The notes beneath the pieces were generated by a model. The model searched no databases. It was not told the DNA's origin and was given only the letters and a program-made list of their open reading frames with translations. From positions 216,147 to 280,146 of the forward strand of contig KV454012.1 in the NCBI GenBank assembly GCA_001661245.1: DNA of 64,000 nucleotides, in the 5' to 3' direction. Shown here piece by piece: positions 47,544 through 61,536 of this stretch (positions are counted from its first letter, which is position 1; every line of letters starts with the position of its first letter). The position numbers were made by a program, and so were the translations under genes. The stretch comes from Pachysolen tannophilus NRRL Y-2460. Lineage: Eukaryota.

Positions 47544-47615
47544 TTCCGATGCCGGGAGTCGAACCCGGGTTTGCCCGGTGAAAGCGGACCGTGCTAGCCG
47601 TTACACTACATCGGA
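47544..47615 (-). tRNA. tRNA-Glu(TTC)
   Basis: Minus strand TCCGATG...CTTTCAC...GGTTCGACTCCC...CATCGGA folds as a cloverleaf; poly-T downstream. Confidence 0.95.
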
Positions 47616-48700
47616 TTGTTAGATGTTCTACTTCTATTCTTCAGAAAACTACAATCGTTGTAAAAAAAAATTTTTTTTTTTTTCAGAAAAATTAAAATAA
47701 AAGGCTTTAATAAGCATTAACTCTATTGAGTATTAGTTGTCAGTAATCAGTTATCGGCTATCAGATGTCTCAGTTTTTATTATGAAAGAAGTTGCCTATT
47801 TTTTTAGCTTTTTTCCCGCCTTTCTTCTTTCAATGATTAGAGAGTTTAAATTTAAAAATCGATGAAAAGCATCGAACAATTGCAGAAGAACGCGTAACAA
47901 AGTTTTTTATTTTTTATTTTTTTGAAAAACATCTAGCATAGCATTAGTATATTATTTTAGGTCTATTGTATAGTCGTGTGATACTATTTAGATTTGTCGA
48001 ATCAAATGAGAATCAAGTTTTTATTTTTTTTTGGGTTGGTAAAACCAACGCGTCTCTTTTGTGTCTTTATCTATATTTATCCTATCCTTTTATCCATTCC
48101 ATCAAGATAACCTCAAATGGCTTTCTGTGATCTAACGCCTCCAGTTACTTACTGCGGTGGAAGTACAATGCCGAGCCCAGAGAATTTTCTTACTGAATGT
48201 TAAATCTTGAATACTATATAGTACTAAATACTACAGAGTCAAGAAAAATAAACATCGTGCATAACTATCCAAAACAAACAAAAAAGGAAAGTAGAAACTT
48301 TAAATAGAATATCTATTTCTCGCTCTTTCTTGCTAATATTGAAACAAACAAACATATAAATGCCGTCCAACATTTATTATGTATACTTTATAAGCCGTTT
48401 ACTACTAACACTTTGCATTACAAAAATTGGTTTTCTTGCATTTTCCATTTTTTTGTAAAGAGAAGAAGAGAAAATATAGAAGAATATAGAATAAATGATA
48501 AACAATATTGATATCTTCGCTAAACAGTTTCTTTTTTCTCGACTTTATTATAAGAAATTCTCACATAAAAAGAAACAATTGAACTTTTAGTTATACCATG
48601 ATGACTTCATAGTCAATTTAACTATTACGGTACAATTGATCATCGAAGTTTCGCGAAACAAAAAGAAAAAAAGAAACTGTTAGAGCGGCGCAGGGCATCA

Positions 48701-49400
48701 CTTATCAGAAAAACTTTTTTTCTTTTTATTTTTTTTTTGCTTCCTGCAACTACTTAATCTTAATAAAATGCCGTAATTCATTAGTACTATATTTTTTTTA
48801 TTAAGATTATCCGAATCTTAAAATATGTATGATAAAGGCATAGATAGAGTAGAATGTAAAGTAAAGAAGAGATAAACTAAACAGATAGTTTCTTATATTA
48901 TAATTTTTTTTTAATCATAATCAATGTTATAGAAGGTGGATAGTGCCGCTCCTCTTTTATTCTTACTTATTACTGCCGTATAGTTTCTGTAGTTACCAAT
49001 TTTAAACAACATTATCCGCTTTGATTCTTGTTAATGTGACCTTTTTGGATCATAATTTTTTTTTTTCTTTTTTTTTTTCTAATGGTTCATAATATGAACC
49101 AACATAATCTTTCTTTAATAAAAAAAAAAATGCCCTCCAAATTTGTAGTGGAATTTCAGAATTTCTCGTTTGATTTTATTTAGACGCCTCTCTTCTTCTT
49201 CTTCTTGGACATATTCTTTTGCTACGTACGTATCATTGTGCATGCATGATGAAAAAAAAACGATCATCATTATCAAAGTAATAATAGTAATAATAATAAT
49301 ACCCAAATTGTTAAAAAAAGAAAAGTTGATAAGCAATGAAAAAAAAAAAATTGAAAATTGAAAACTATATTTTATTTGCAGCTTTCAGATTATCAAAATG
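48701..49400. promoter_or_regulatory. GATA (Gln3/Gat1-type) sites upstream of the permease
   Basis: CTTATC at 48701, GATAAG at 49328 and several GATAA/TTATC in a 1.9-kb intergenic region. Confidence 0.45.
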
Positions 49401-49535
49401 CAGACATATATATAAAGTATAGATCCGTGGAGAAGTTTTAAATTTCTTTTTTTTTTTACTATCATTCAATTAGAATATATATCTATATTTATTTATTTTT
49501 TATATACTTATTTCAGGAACTAAGTTGTATAAAAA

Positions 49536-51284
49536 ATGTCTACTCCAGCTAGCTCTGTGGATAAGAAACAAACTCATGAGGAGGCGGTTAACGTCTATGA
49601 GACTGCTGATGTTTATAATTTAGAAGAACAAAAAAGTTCTAGTAAATGGAAGGATTTTTGTGATACTTTTAAACCTTACCCATTTGAAGAGCTTGATCCA
49701 AATTTGAGTGAGGTTGAAAAAACTGCCATTGCCACAGCGAGGGCTCCATTGAATAGAAGTTTGAAAAATAGACATTTACAAATGATTGCCATTGGTGGTT
49801 CCATTGGTACTGGTTTATTTGTTGGATCTGGTAGTGCTTTAAGAACTGGTGGTCCAGCAGGTGTTTTAATTGGTTGGTTGTTGGTCGGTACCATGATGTA
49901 CTCCACTGTTCAAGCTCTTGGAGAATTGGCTGTTACTTTCCCTGTTTCTGGTGCATTTGTTACTTATAATACTAGATTTTTGGATCCATCTTGGGGTTTT
50001 GCAATGGCTTGGAATTATGCTTTACAATGGTTAGTTGTCTTACCTTTAGAATTGGTTGCTGCTTCAATAACAATCAATTATTGGAATTCTACAATTAATT
50101 CGGATGCTTGGGTTTGTATTTTTTATGTTGTTATTAGTTCAATTAATTTATTTGGTATTAGAGGTTATGGTGAAGCTGAATTTTTATTCTCAATCATTAA
50201 AGTTATTGCAATTGTTGGTTATATTATCTTGGGTATAGTGTTGGTTTGTGGTGGTGGTCCACATCATCAATATATCGGAGGTACATACTGGCAAAACCCA
50301 GGTGCCTTTGCTGCTGGCTTCAAAGGTGTTTGTACAGTTTTTGTTACTGCTGCTTTCTCCTTTGCTGGTACAGAGTTGTGTGGTTTGGCGGCAGCTGAAA
50401 CTGCAAATCCAAGAAAAACTTTACCTTCAGCTACAAAACAAGTTTTTTGGAGAATTGCTTTATTTTATATTATTTCTTTAACTTTAGTTGGATTATTAGT
50501 TCCATATAATGATACAAGTTTAATTGGTGCTTCAAGTGTTGACGCTGCTGCATCACCTTTTGTCATTTCAATTACTGAAGCAGGTATCAGTGGATTACCA
50601 AGTGTCATCAATGCTGTTATCATGGTTGCCGTGTTATCTGTTGGTAATTCCGCTGTCTTTGGTTGCTCAAGAACTCTTCTTGCCTTGGCAAATGCTGGTC
50701 AAGCTCCAAAAATCTTTGGTTTTGTTGATAGAGCAGGTAGACCAATGGTTGGTATTATTGCTACTTTAATTTTTGGTTTATTATGTTTCACTGCAGGTTC
50801 ATCATTCCAAGAAACTATGTTTGATTGGTTGTTAGCTATTTCTGGATTATCTTCAGTCTTTACTTGGGGATCAATTTGTGGTGCTCATCTTAGATTTAGA
50901 TACGCTTTACGTTATCAAGGTAGAACAACAGATGAATTATCATTTACATCACAATGTGGTATTTATGGTTCGATATATGGTGTTCTCTTGAATTTTTTAA
51001 TTTTAATTGCTCAATTTTGGGTTGCATTATACCCAATTGGTGATGCTCCAAGTGCTAACACTTTCTTCCAATCATATTTGGCCTTCCCAGTTATCATTTT
51101 CTTTTACTTAATTCATAAAATATGGACAAGAAAATGGCAAATGTGGATTAAAGTCCAAGATTTAGATTTGGATACTGGTAGAAGAGAAGTTGATTTGGAT
51201 TTGTTGAAACAAGAAATTGCAGAAGAAAAAGCTTTTATTGCTTCAAAACCATTATACTATAGACTTTATAAGTTCTGGTGCTAA
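49536..51284 (+). CDS. GAP1: General amino acid permease (YAT family)
   Basis: LKNRHLQMIAIGGSIGTGLFVGSG, FSFAGTEL, ASPFVI, DLDTGRRE and C-terminal FWC. Confidence 0.88.
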   Translation: MSTPASSVDKKQTHEEAVNVYETADVYNLEEQKSSSKWKDFCDTFKPYPFEELDPNLSEVEKTAIATARAPLNRSLKNRHLQMIAIGGSIGTGLFVGSGSALRTGGPAGVLIGWLLVGTMMYSTVQALGELAVTFPVSGAFVTYNTRFLDPSWGFAMAWNYALQWLVVLPLELVAASITINYWNSTINSDAWVCIFYVVISSINLFGIRGYGEAEFLFSIIKVIAIVGYIILGIVLVCGGGPHHQYIGGTYWQNPGAFAAGFKGVCTVFVTAAFSFAGTELCGLAAAETANPRKTLPSATKQVFWRIALFYIISLTLVGLLVPYNDTSLIGASSVDAAASPFVISITEAGISGLPSVINAVIMVAVLSVGNSAVFGCSRTLLALANAGQAPKIFGFVDRAGRPMVGIIATLIFGLLCFTAGSSFQETMFDWLLAISGLSSVFTWGSICGAHLRFRYALRYQGRTTDELSFTSQCGIYGSIYGVLLNFLILIAQFWVALYPIGDAPSANTFFQSYLAFPVIIFFYLIHKIWTRKWQMWIKVQDLDLDTGRREVDLDLLKQEIAEEKAFIASKPLYYRLYKFWC

Positions 51285-51625
51285 TTTTCGTTTCTCTTTT
51301 TTTCTTTTCTTAAACAAAAAAAAAAAAAAAAAAAAGACAAAAAGACCATTAATTATACGTTAAAACTTGTTTTTCTTCTTTTTTATTTATGTATTTTATT
51401 ATGTTCGTTATTTTGATATTTTAAGAATTGGTTGTTTCTATCCTTCGTTTTATCTTCTTACTTGTATATCTGATAATAAACCTTATCAATTCATTCATTC
51501 ATTTCTATATAAATAAGAAAAAAGAAAAAAGTTTTTAAAATTAATTAAACAAAATCATTTTTTATTTTCTATACCCTTTTATCCAATAAATTAATACTCT
51601 ATAATTTCTAAAATAACCTCCCAAA

Positions 51626-52363
51626 CTATAAATATTTTTCACTAAGAACGTTATAACATTCTTTTATAATAACATTATCTACAAATTTGTTAGCTTCAGA
51701 ACCACCATATTGGAAAAAAATCATTCCAATTAACATTTGTAATGATTTAAAACAAGTTTCTTTTTGTAAATCAGTTTTTGGTTCATTTTGATAAAATTCT
51801 TTAGGTGGTTTTACTAAATCATATAACCCTATTCTACTGCACGATTTAATCAAAGTTTTCTTATTTTGTAAGCGTTTTAATATACTCAGTTTACCATCAT
51901 CATTAAATGCATCAAAATTATTATTTGATTCCAATAATATCGATAAATTTATTCTCATTCTCAATATTTGTGATCCCATTTTTTGTATATTACTTGATCT
52001 CATTATAACATCAAATTTCTTATTATCTTTATAACAAGTTGAAATAGAAAAATCATTTTTACTATATAATATACTCAATAATTGTAATTTGGTAAATTTA
52101 TAATCGGGTATTATTTTTTGTAAATTACTTAAATCATTAGATAACAACCTATTAAAATTATCCAAATTCGTTTCAAACCTATTCTTCACCACAGATCCAT
52201 CAACATAATAAATATTTTCTCTTATTAATGGCTCCACTATACTACAATTTTCATAATTATTTAAACCAATCATACTTGGGTCATTGAATTTTAAATTCTT
52301 AAGCTCAAATGATAACCTCCTAGAAACATCGCAAAGAGTTGTATAAAATCTCTTGTATAACAT
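51626..52363 (-). CDS. Probable mitochondrial protein with RNase III-like fold (mL57/MrpL15-like)
   Basis: MLYKRFY presequence; NIQKMGSQIL and LIGMIFFQYGGSEANKFV resemble degenerate RNase III helices. Confidence 0.4.
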   Translation of the reverse strand: MLYKRFYTTLCDVSRRLSFELKNLKFNDPSMIGLNNYENCSIVEPLIRENIYYVDGSVVKNRFETNLDNFNRLLSNDLSNLQKIIPDYKFTKLQLLSILYSKNDFSISTCYKDNKKFDVIMRSSNIQKMGSQILRMRINLSILLESNNNFDAFNDDGKLSILKRLQNKKTLIKSCSRIGLYDLVKPPKEFYQNEPKTDLQKETCFKSLQMLIGMIFFQYGGSEANKFVDNVIIKECYNVLSEKYL

Positions 52364-52621
52364 CCCCTCCTAATTTTTTCTTCTTCAACTTCCAAATCCT
52401 CCCTCGCTCTATTGCATTTGCTTCTCTTCTATTCTTCCAATAATAATTATTTAATATTTTTACTAATAAATTAATATTAAAATTTTTTTTTAATTTTTTA
52501 TTTATTTTTTTATATATGTTAAAAAAGCAAAAAAAATTTCTTTTTTCACCTATATTTAATAATACGGTAAATAGTTGAATACGAGAGTTATATTGAGTCT
52601 TAACAAGTAAGACGCTTGATT

Positions 52622-55096
52622 ATGGCATTGAATAACGGTATTAATAATAATAGTGTTGGTAGTGGTGGGGTTCATGTTGACAGGTTGGGAAATAGTATAG
52701 GGGCAACTTCAGGTAATGGTATTGGTTCTTGGTATAAGTCATCATCATCATCATCATCATTTTCGAATTTACCTCCGGAGTTATTGATAAATATATTCAG
52801 TTATTTGGATCCTTATACTTTAGATATATTGGGATATGTTTGTTCGAATTGGAATTCTATTGTTAATAATAATGAGTTATGGAAAGAGACTTTTAAGAAA
52901 AGAAATGGTACAATACAATTTTCATCTATAACGAGATCCAAGAATTGGAGAAATGAATATATATTGAGAGAAGATATAATAAAGAAATGGCGTAAAGGTA
53001 CTTCTTTCCATCAGAATTATTTTATTCACAATAGTTTGTTAACTGATCTGGCTACAGATTTCCAAGGTGATAAAATTGTTCTATTCAGCAAAAATAGTGG
53101 TGATGTTAATCTTTGTAGTTTGAAAACAGGTAAAAATGAAGCAGTTATACCTGCTACTTCTCCAAGTGGTACGACATGTTATGATTTGAATAAGAATTGT
53201 ATAATTTTTGGTAGATGGGATGGTAAAGTTTATGCCAAGTTGTTTTCATCAAAATCTTATTTAACTTCTTTAACGTTATTCGAAGGAGGGAATCATTTAA
53301 ATAGAGTAACTTCTATAACTTCAAATAAATTCCAATTGAGTGGTAAACCAGGAGTTGTTGGAGCTATAAGTGGCGATGAAGAAGGAGAATTAATTTTTTG
53401 GGATTTGAAAATGGGTAACTTAATTTCTAAGTTGAAAGTTTCAAATGTTTCAATAGTTAATATAGAATCAAATTTTAAAGATATCACAATAGTACGGGAT
53501 TCAGAAGGTACCTTGTATATAATTCATAAAGATTTAATCAATTACGAACAAGATACACATCCTATAATTAAAACAATTGAAACTAAAACTCATTTGATGC
53601 CAGATGATCAAACGATTGTTCCGCTTAATCAATCCACAAGTACTATGGTTATCGATTTTGGAGGTAAAAATATTATATTATCAAAAGTTAATGAACTCAT
53701 AATTTATTCATATAATGAATCATCTTTTAATGTTTTGAAAAATTATAAGTTGAAAAATTCAAAAGATGAAATTTTTAAAATATGTATTGATGGGAATTAT
53801 ACAAAAGAATATGATTCTAAAATTGCTGGAAATGATGGATGTTTAATTGGATTATTATTAAGGTCTGGTAGAGTATTGATTTTAAATTGTCGTTCTCAAA
53901 ATTTAAATACACTAACTGAGTTTGATCCAGAAATTAAACAAGGTCCAGCGGTTCATGAAGAATTACCACCAATTTGTTCTATTTCAATTAATGCATGTGT
54001 TGTATTGTTAGGTACTTATAATGGATTTTCTGTGTTACATAATGCCATAACTGGTTCTTTGGTTAGAGTGGCATCTGTACGTATTCCTAAAAGGTTATTA
54101 CCTTTAGAATATTTAATTCCTGTAACATGTGTTTCATTGGATACAAGTGATAATTATTCAACTAATGGTATAGTTGTTGTTGGTAATGTTGTTCAATATT
54201 TTCAATTTGGAGAACAAAATTGTTATGAAAAATATAAAAAAGCTTGTCAACAATCTGCTACGAAGAAAAGGGCAAAGATAAAAGGACTGTTAAGTGATCG
54301 AAAATTTGCTATTGATAGAGGTATTAAAGTTGAATTAGACGATTTAACTTACGAGAACGAATTTTTAGAAAACAGGAAGAAATTGATTAGTAAATATAAT
54401 GGATTACAATACGATGAAGATGAAGAATTAAGCATTGCATTAGCTTTAAGTGAGAGTATTGCCGGTAATAACAAATTACATAATAACAACGAGAATAATG
54501 ATTTTTTTAAAGAAGGTAATAATCACATTAACAATGATTTAACCGAACAAGAGATTCAAGCTTTGGAGATATCAAAGAAAGAATCTTTACTGCAATTAAG
54601 TAAAAAAGATGATCTGAATTTGCTGGGCAAAAGACGTGAATCTGAAAGTAACATTGAAAGTATTGATCACGATGGTTGTCTTGGTAGCGGTTTTGGTAAC
54701 AGTTTTGGTAGTCGCACTAGCCACACTAGCCACCCTAACCACACTAATAGCAATAGCAATAGCAATAGCAATATAAATAGAGATGGAAGCTGTGGCGCCA
54801 GCAGCAGTGGTAATAGCGGTGACGATAACGATAATTTCAAGAACAAATGGAAACGATTTTCTAAAAAAAACAGAGTAAGATTGGATTTGAACCAACTTGA
54901 CGATAATAATAATAACAATAATAATAATAATAATAATAGTAATAATGATAGCGCCAATGCTAACTACGCTAACTACGCCAACAGCGCCAACAACGATAAC
55001 AACGCTAACAGCGCTAACAGCAGTAACGAGAATAACAATGATAAATTTGAAGATGAGTTAGCAGAGGCCTTAAAAAGGTCAATGTTTGAAAGCTAA
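52622..55096 (+). CDS. UFO1: F-box/WD protein with C-terminal UIMs (Ufo1-like)
   Basis: F-box LPPELLINIFSYLD, WD-like region, and UIM-like EELSIALALSES, QEIQALEISKKE, DELAEALKRSMFE. Confidence 0.72.
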   Translation: MALNNGINNNSVGSGGVHVDRLGNSIGATSGNGIGSWYKSSSSSSSFSNLPPELLINIFSYLDPYTLDILGYVCSNWNSIVNNNELWKETFKKRNGTIQFSSITRSKNWRNEYILREDIIKKWRKGTSFHQNYFIHNSLLTDLATDFQGDKIVLFSKNSGDVNLCSLKTGKNEAVIPATSPSGTTCYDLNKNCIIFGRWDGKVYAKLFSSKSYLTSLTLFEGGNHLNRVTSITSNKFQLSGKPGVVGAISGDEEGELIFWDLKMGNLISKLKVSNVSIVNIESNFKDITIVRDSEGTLYIIHKDLINYEQDTHPIIKTIETKTHLMPDDQTIVPLNQSTSTMVIDFGGKNIILSKVNELIIYSYNESSFNVLKNYKLKNSKDEIFKICIDGNYTKEYDSKIAGNDGCLIGLLLRSGRVLILNCRSQNLNTLTEFDPEIKQGPAVHEELPPICSISINACVVLLGTYNGFSVLHNAITGSLVRVASVRIPKRLLPLEYLIPVTCVSLDTSDNYSTNGIVVVGNVVQYFQFGEQNCYEKYKKACQQSATKKRAKIKGLLSDRKFAIDRGIKVELDDLTYENEFLENRKKLISKYNGLQYDEDEELSIALALSESIAGNNKLHNNNENNDFFKEGNNHINNDLTEQEIQALEISKKESLLQLSKKDDLNLLGKRRESESNIESIDHDGCLGSGFGNSFGSRTSHTSHPNHTNSNSNSNSNINRDGSCGASSSGNSGDDNDNFKNKWKRFSKKNRVRLDLNQLDDNNNNNNNNNNNSNNDSANANYANYANSANNDNNANSANSSNENNNDKFEDELAEALKRSMFES

Positions 55097-55115
55097 ATCA
55101 AAATTCCGCTGATTC

Positions 55116-55183
55116 TTAGTAATAGTTGACTACACGATTAGCCACAACTTAGTAATGTATTATAGATACTAGCGCTTACGTAA
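55116..55183. promoter_or_regulatory. Three Yap1-type response elements
   Basis: TTAGTAA at 55116 and 55149 and TTACGTAA at 55176, upstream of the flavodoxin-like gene. Confidence 0.65.
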
Positions 55184-55346
55184 TATGCTGTTTAACTAAG
55201 AATACATTATATAAACTTGCTTGAAAATCCCGAAACCTATTTCTAATTTAAATTGATAACTCAATTAATTATAAGTCAAATTCATATAGTTATTTTTCTA
55301 ATAGTAATTTTTATAATTCCAAAGTAAATTTAATCTATTTGCAATC

Positions 55347-56091
55347 ATGTCTAGTCCTCCAAGAACTGCGATCATTATTTATTCTTTATATGGTCATATT
55401 ACAAAATTAGGTAAGTATTCACGTATTCATATATTTAAGATATTCATTCTACTAGAGAAATTATTTGAGTACTTGAATTGAATTGAAATTCATATAAAGA
55501 GAAACAATGACTAACTAAAGCGTTGCGAATTTTTTTTTTTTTGAAATAGCGGAAAGTGCCAAGTCAGGTATTGTTAAAGCTGGTGGTGCAGCTGATATTT
55601 ATCAGGTTCCTGAAACTTTACCAGAAAATATTTTAAAAGCGTTAAATGCTCCTCCAAAACCGGACTATCCAATTGCATCTACTGAGACTTTAACTTCTTA
55701 TGATGCTTTTCTTTTCGGTATTCCGACGAGGTATGGTAATTTTCCATCGCAGTGGAAGGCATTTTGGGACTCTACTGGTAAGCTCTGGACTTCTGGTGCC
55801 TTGTATCATAAGAAAGCTGGTATCTTTGTCTCCACCGGAACTCCAGGCGGTGGTCAAGAAGTTACAGCATCTAACGCGCTTTCAACTTTAGTCCATCATG
55901 GAATTATTTATATCCCATTGGGTTATGGTCCTGCATTTCCTCATTTGACTTCTTTTGAGGAATTTCATGGTGGCTCACCTTGGGGTGCTGGAACTTTTGC
56001 TGGCGCTGATGGTTCAAGAACCCCAAATAAAACCGAATTAACTATTGCCCAAATTCAAGGTGAAAGTTTTTATAAAGCAATCACTTCTTAG
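55347..56091 (+). CDS. PST2: Flavodoxin-like NAD(P)H:quinone oxidoreductase (WrbA/Pst2/Ycp4 family); exons 55347-55410 and 55550-56091
   Basis: YSLYGHI, intron [41 protein letters not shown] and [10 protein letters not shown]. Confidence 0.9.
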
Positions 56092-56553
56092 AAAAAAATG
56101 GAAATATTTCCCATGAATCGTTGGATGTTTCTATTTCTAAGTTTTTTTTTCAAAACAAATTTTTTTTTTTTTTAATGGCTATCTTTTTTGCAAATGATCT
56201 GGAAATTCTTTGTTGAAATATATTCATAATATATTGATATTTGCTTTTTAAATCCAAACTGCTTGAAGTTAATTACTATTATGGAGAAAATTATCTCGAC
56301 GAGTTGTCTATTTCTCTCGCTCTGTCACTCTCTCCCTAACACGGTTTTCCTCCGTATCGTTGTATACTTATCTACTTATCTATATTTTTTACTTTTTTCC
56401 GAAACTGGTTACTTTAGACCTTGTACTCTGTGTTCTTGGAATACTTATCGATTCCATTTAACTTCATGAACCAGTAATTTCTGTATTCGACATACTGAAA
56501 AATATTGTTTTTTTTTCAGCATTTTGTGAAATCTACCTACCATCTTACAATAG

Positions 56554-56587
<34 letters not shown>

Positions 56588-57042
56588 TTTAAAGATTTTC
56601 CTTAAGTTTCCATTTTCTTTTCTTTTTTTTATTTCAAGGAAAGAAATACTAGTTCATGTCTTAATCTTTTAGTTACGTTAGTCATTGAGTAATTATTTAC
56701 AAGATCTTTCTCTATCTGTATTGTATAATACCGTATTTTTATTGAGAGAAACTACAGGTGCAAGATTATGCTCTGTTATGCAGGTAAACGTAGTAAACGT
56801 ACATATTGTTTACAAAAAAAAAAATCTTTACAGATCTTGCTGTTTCCTATTTCCAATATATACTCTATACTTCTGATGTCATGGATTCGGATAGATCTAA
56901 ATGTTTCTCTTTTTGAAGAGATCATTCAAAGGGCTAATAGTTGCCTTGAAAAGATCTTTAAAAATGATATAAAAAAAGGAGTAGAATCCTTTTTTTATTT
57001 CTTGATAAAATTAAAACAAATTATAGATTTGAATTCGACACA

Positions 57043-58563
57043 ATGGTTCTGGTTCCAGCGACTATTTCAAATCTTTCAGCTCCAAAGCCTGTTCATTTAC
57101 ATGAGTCAAATAAAGTTGTTCTTTCAGACTCCAATGAGTTATTGAATATGGATTGTTCTTTAAAACTTCTGAATGGAGATTTCGATGCGATTAATAATTA
57201 CTTGAACAAGTCCTTTGGATTAGAATCTGTTCATACCAATAATGATCAATCAACCGTCAGCTCAAGCATTTTTTCCTTGCTGTTAAACTTAAATCATGAA
57301 GAAGAGCAATCTGAAATTCAAACAGCTGCTTCAGAATTAAATTCTATTGACATAAAGAGCCTTGCTTCAATAAATAATTCTTCTTTAGATGCTAGTATTG
57401 AAACTAATAATATCTTACCTTTTGCTGGTAAAGATGAAAATGAGATTAATACACCTTGGTCCATAAAATTTTTTAAAAATTCACCATTTCCAACCATTAA
57501 TTCCAAAATTAGTGATTTATTCTGGTTTAAAAGAGAAAAATTGTTTTTCATCGGTTGGGAACAAGGTCTGGAATTAATCAATGGAGCTCATTTATATGAA
57601 ATTGAAATTCAAGAAAAAAAAGATAGAATATATAAAGTTAAACAAGTTCATTCAGACAAGTTTTTAAATAAAGAATTATATCGATCATTTGGGTTTTATG
57701 AAGATGCTCTGCTTTTCACTTCTTATAAACCTTGTAAAGATGATATTAAAAATGATCTGTTATTCAATCACTTGTATGTTTTCCATCAACATGGATTAGC
57801 TTGGACCACTGATTCTTTAATCAAAGGTATCAAACCTCCAAAAGTCTTCGGTCATGCATCTTTAAATTTAAAAATTAATGGTGAAGATTTCTTGTACATT
57901 TTTGGTGGAATCACTAAAACCAATAATGAAACAAAATCTTTCAATGATATTTGGATTTTTAATCTTTCTTCTAAAAGTGAAAATAATAGATGGAGAAAAA
58001 TTTCTCCAATAACGGGTGGAGATATTCAAATAATACAACCACCAAGATTATATGGTCATTCTATGACTAAACATGGTAATAAAATTTACATATATGGTGG
58101 ACGTAACTTTGATACAAATCAAGTTTCAAATCAATTATGGAGTTTTGATTTAAATAAAGAAACTTGGGAATTGCATAATACTTTTGGTAAAACCTTGGTG
58201 CCCGTTTATGAGCATAAGGCATGTAATGCAGGTAAAGGTTACTTGATAATTTATGGTGGGAAACACAATTTTAAAGATTTTTCTAATTCAATGTTTATTA
58301 TAAATTTATTCAATTTCAAAGTGGGGACTGTGGATTCAAATTTAATAAATACCCCATGTAAGAGAACAAATTTCCAAATGACTTTTGATTTTCATTCAAA
58401 TAAATTAATAATCTTTGGAGGTGAAAAGGTAAGAGATGTAGAAGAAGAATTTAAACAAGGTGAATATTATATGGGGGAAACTAAAATAGATACCAATGAT
58501 CCTTTTTTCAACCAAGTCTATGAATTCGATTTTGCTAAATTGAAAGATTATATTAAATTTTAG
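57043..58563 (+). CDS. Kelch-repeat protein
   Basis: Repeats LYIFGG, IYIYGG, LIIYGG and LIIFGG, preceded by GH/EH motifs. Confidence 0.75.
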   Translation: MVLVPATISNLSAPKPVHLHESNKVVLSDSNELLNMDCSLKLLNGDFDAINNYLNKSFGLESVHTNNDQSTVSSSIFSLLLNLNHEEEQSEIQTAASELNSIDIKSLASINNSSLDASIETNNILPFAGKDENEINTPWSIKFFKNSPFPTINSKISDLFWFKREKLFFIGWEQGLELINGAHLYEIEIQEKKDRIYKVKQVHSDKFLNKELYRSFGFYEDALLFTSYKPCKDDIKNDLLFNHLYVFHQHGLAWTTDSLIKGIKPPKVFGHASLNLKINGEDFLYIFGGITKTNNETKSFNDIWIFNLSSKSENNRWRKISPITGGDIQIIQPPRLYGHSMTKHGNKIYIYGGRNFDTNQVSNQLWSFDLNKETWELHNTFGKTLVPVYEHKACNAGKGYLIIYGGKHNFKDFSNSMFIINLFNFKVGTVDSNLINTPCKRTNFQMTFDFHSNKLIIFGGEKVRDVEEEFKQGEYYMGETKIDTNDPFFNQVYEFDFAKLKDYIKF

Positions 58564-58855
58564 TCCTTTCCCATATTGTATTATATTATAATAAGTAAAT
58601 AATTAAATTTATCAAGTAATTTTGTAGCCGATATTTTTCAACGGCGAACAAAAAAAAAAACAAAAAATTTTTTTTTTTCATTTTTTTTTTTTTGCTTTCT
58701 TTATTTTCTTTGAGTGCCACAATTTTTTATACAATTAAAATATCATTTATTTATAATTGATTAATAGAATATTAATCTACAATTTTGGAGAATATTTTTG
58801 TAAATATTGTATCAATTAGAGATTAAATTTTTTTTTTTTTTTTTTGGTTTTTAAA

Positions 58856-59422
58856 ATGTCACCAGCAAGTACGAGTGTACCAAAGTTATCAAAAAGTTTA
58901 CTTCATCCATCTGGAAATCAAGTTGCCACAATAGCAGCAGGTTGTTTTTGGGGAACAGAGAATATATATAGAAAACAATATGGTGATAAATTAACAGATT
59001 TAAAAGTTGGATATGCCAATGGTGTTACCACATCACCTTCATATCAAGATGTATGTAGTGGTAGTACTCAGCATGCTGAATCATTACAAATATCTTTTGA
59101 TCCTTCAAAAGTATCATATAAAGAATTGATCCAATTTTTCTTTTTAATGCATGATCCTACCACAGAAAATAGACAAGGTCCAGATATTGGAACTCAATAT
59201 AGATCAAGTATATTTACTTTTAATGAAGAAGAACAGAAAATAGCAGAACAAGTTAAACAAGAAACACAGAAAAAATGGTATCCTAACCACACCATAGTTA
59301 CCACTGTCGAGCCAATAACTAATTTCTGGGATGCAGAAGAGTACCACCAATTATATTTGATAAAAAATCCTGAAGGATATGAATGTCCCTCTCATTTCAT
59401 TAGAACTACTCCTAAGGTTTAA
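58856..59422 (+). CDS. MXR1: Peptide methionine-S-sulfoxide reductase MsrA
   Basis: GCFWG, HAE, HDPT, QGPDIGTQYRS and AEEYHQ; ATG at 58856. Confidence 0.95.
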   Translation: MSPASTSVPKLSKSLLHPSGNQVATIAAGCFWGTENIYRKQYGDKLTDLKVGYANGVTTSPSYQDVCSGSTQHAESLQISFDPSKVSYKELIQFFFLMHDPTTENRQGPDIGTQYRSSIFTFNEEEQKIAEQVKQETQKKWYPNHTIVTTVEPITNFWDAEEYHQLYLIKNPEGYECPSHFIRTTPKV

Positions 59423-60070
59423 TTTGATTATGTGTGTTCTTTTCTTTTTTTTTCCAATTTTTTAATTAATTTTTACTTTATTTTTTTTCTATCCTGTATA
59501 CCAATTACTACTAATTTAAATGAACGTTCATAATTAATTCGAATCAGACTAATACAGAAAAATTCAATATACCTCGTAGATATTAAAAACTTACTTACCT
59601 ACCCTACCCAACAACTCATCAACTCATCCATCCAACTCTTAATTTGAGGTAAAATGTATAGACGTGTATGAAATATCCAAACTTCCGTTTTAGGACAATG
59701 AAAAAAGAATTTTTTTTTTTCTATTTTTTAGTGGCGGCATCAAATCATTAAGTAAAAGTTGAAAATGTGTATTAATTATATATTCAGTCAAAAAAACAAA
59801 AAAAAATAAAAAAAAATAAAATAAAATTTAATTAATCAAGTTGTGTCTTTTCAGCGCTAATAAGTGTTGAATCCATGCATAGAAGGGGTTGATTTAATTT
59901 ATTATAAAAATATTTTTGTTAATATTGCTTTAAACCTAACTATCAAAGTATACATATTTACTGCTTGTTAGCTTTAGTTAGCGTTGGTTATTTTTTTTTT
60001 TTTTTTTTTGTTTTGTTTCCCTTATAAAATTTGAATTGGCAATAAATACACTACCGCACGATTATTTTTA

Positions 60071-61536
<1,466 letters not shown>

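Noticed and set aside
47620..48500. Possible LTR or transposon remnant beside tRNA-Glu
   Set aside because: No TG...CA bounded element, target-site duplication or coding remnant could be identified.
54700..55040. Asn/Ala/Ser repeats in the UFO1 tail and other poly-Asn/His tracts
   Set aside because: Ordinary coding microsatellites, common in this genome.
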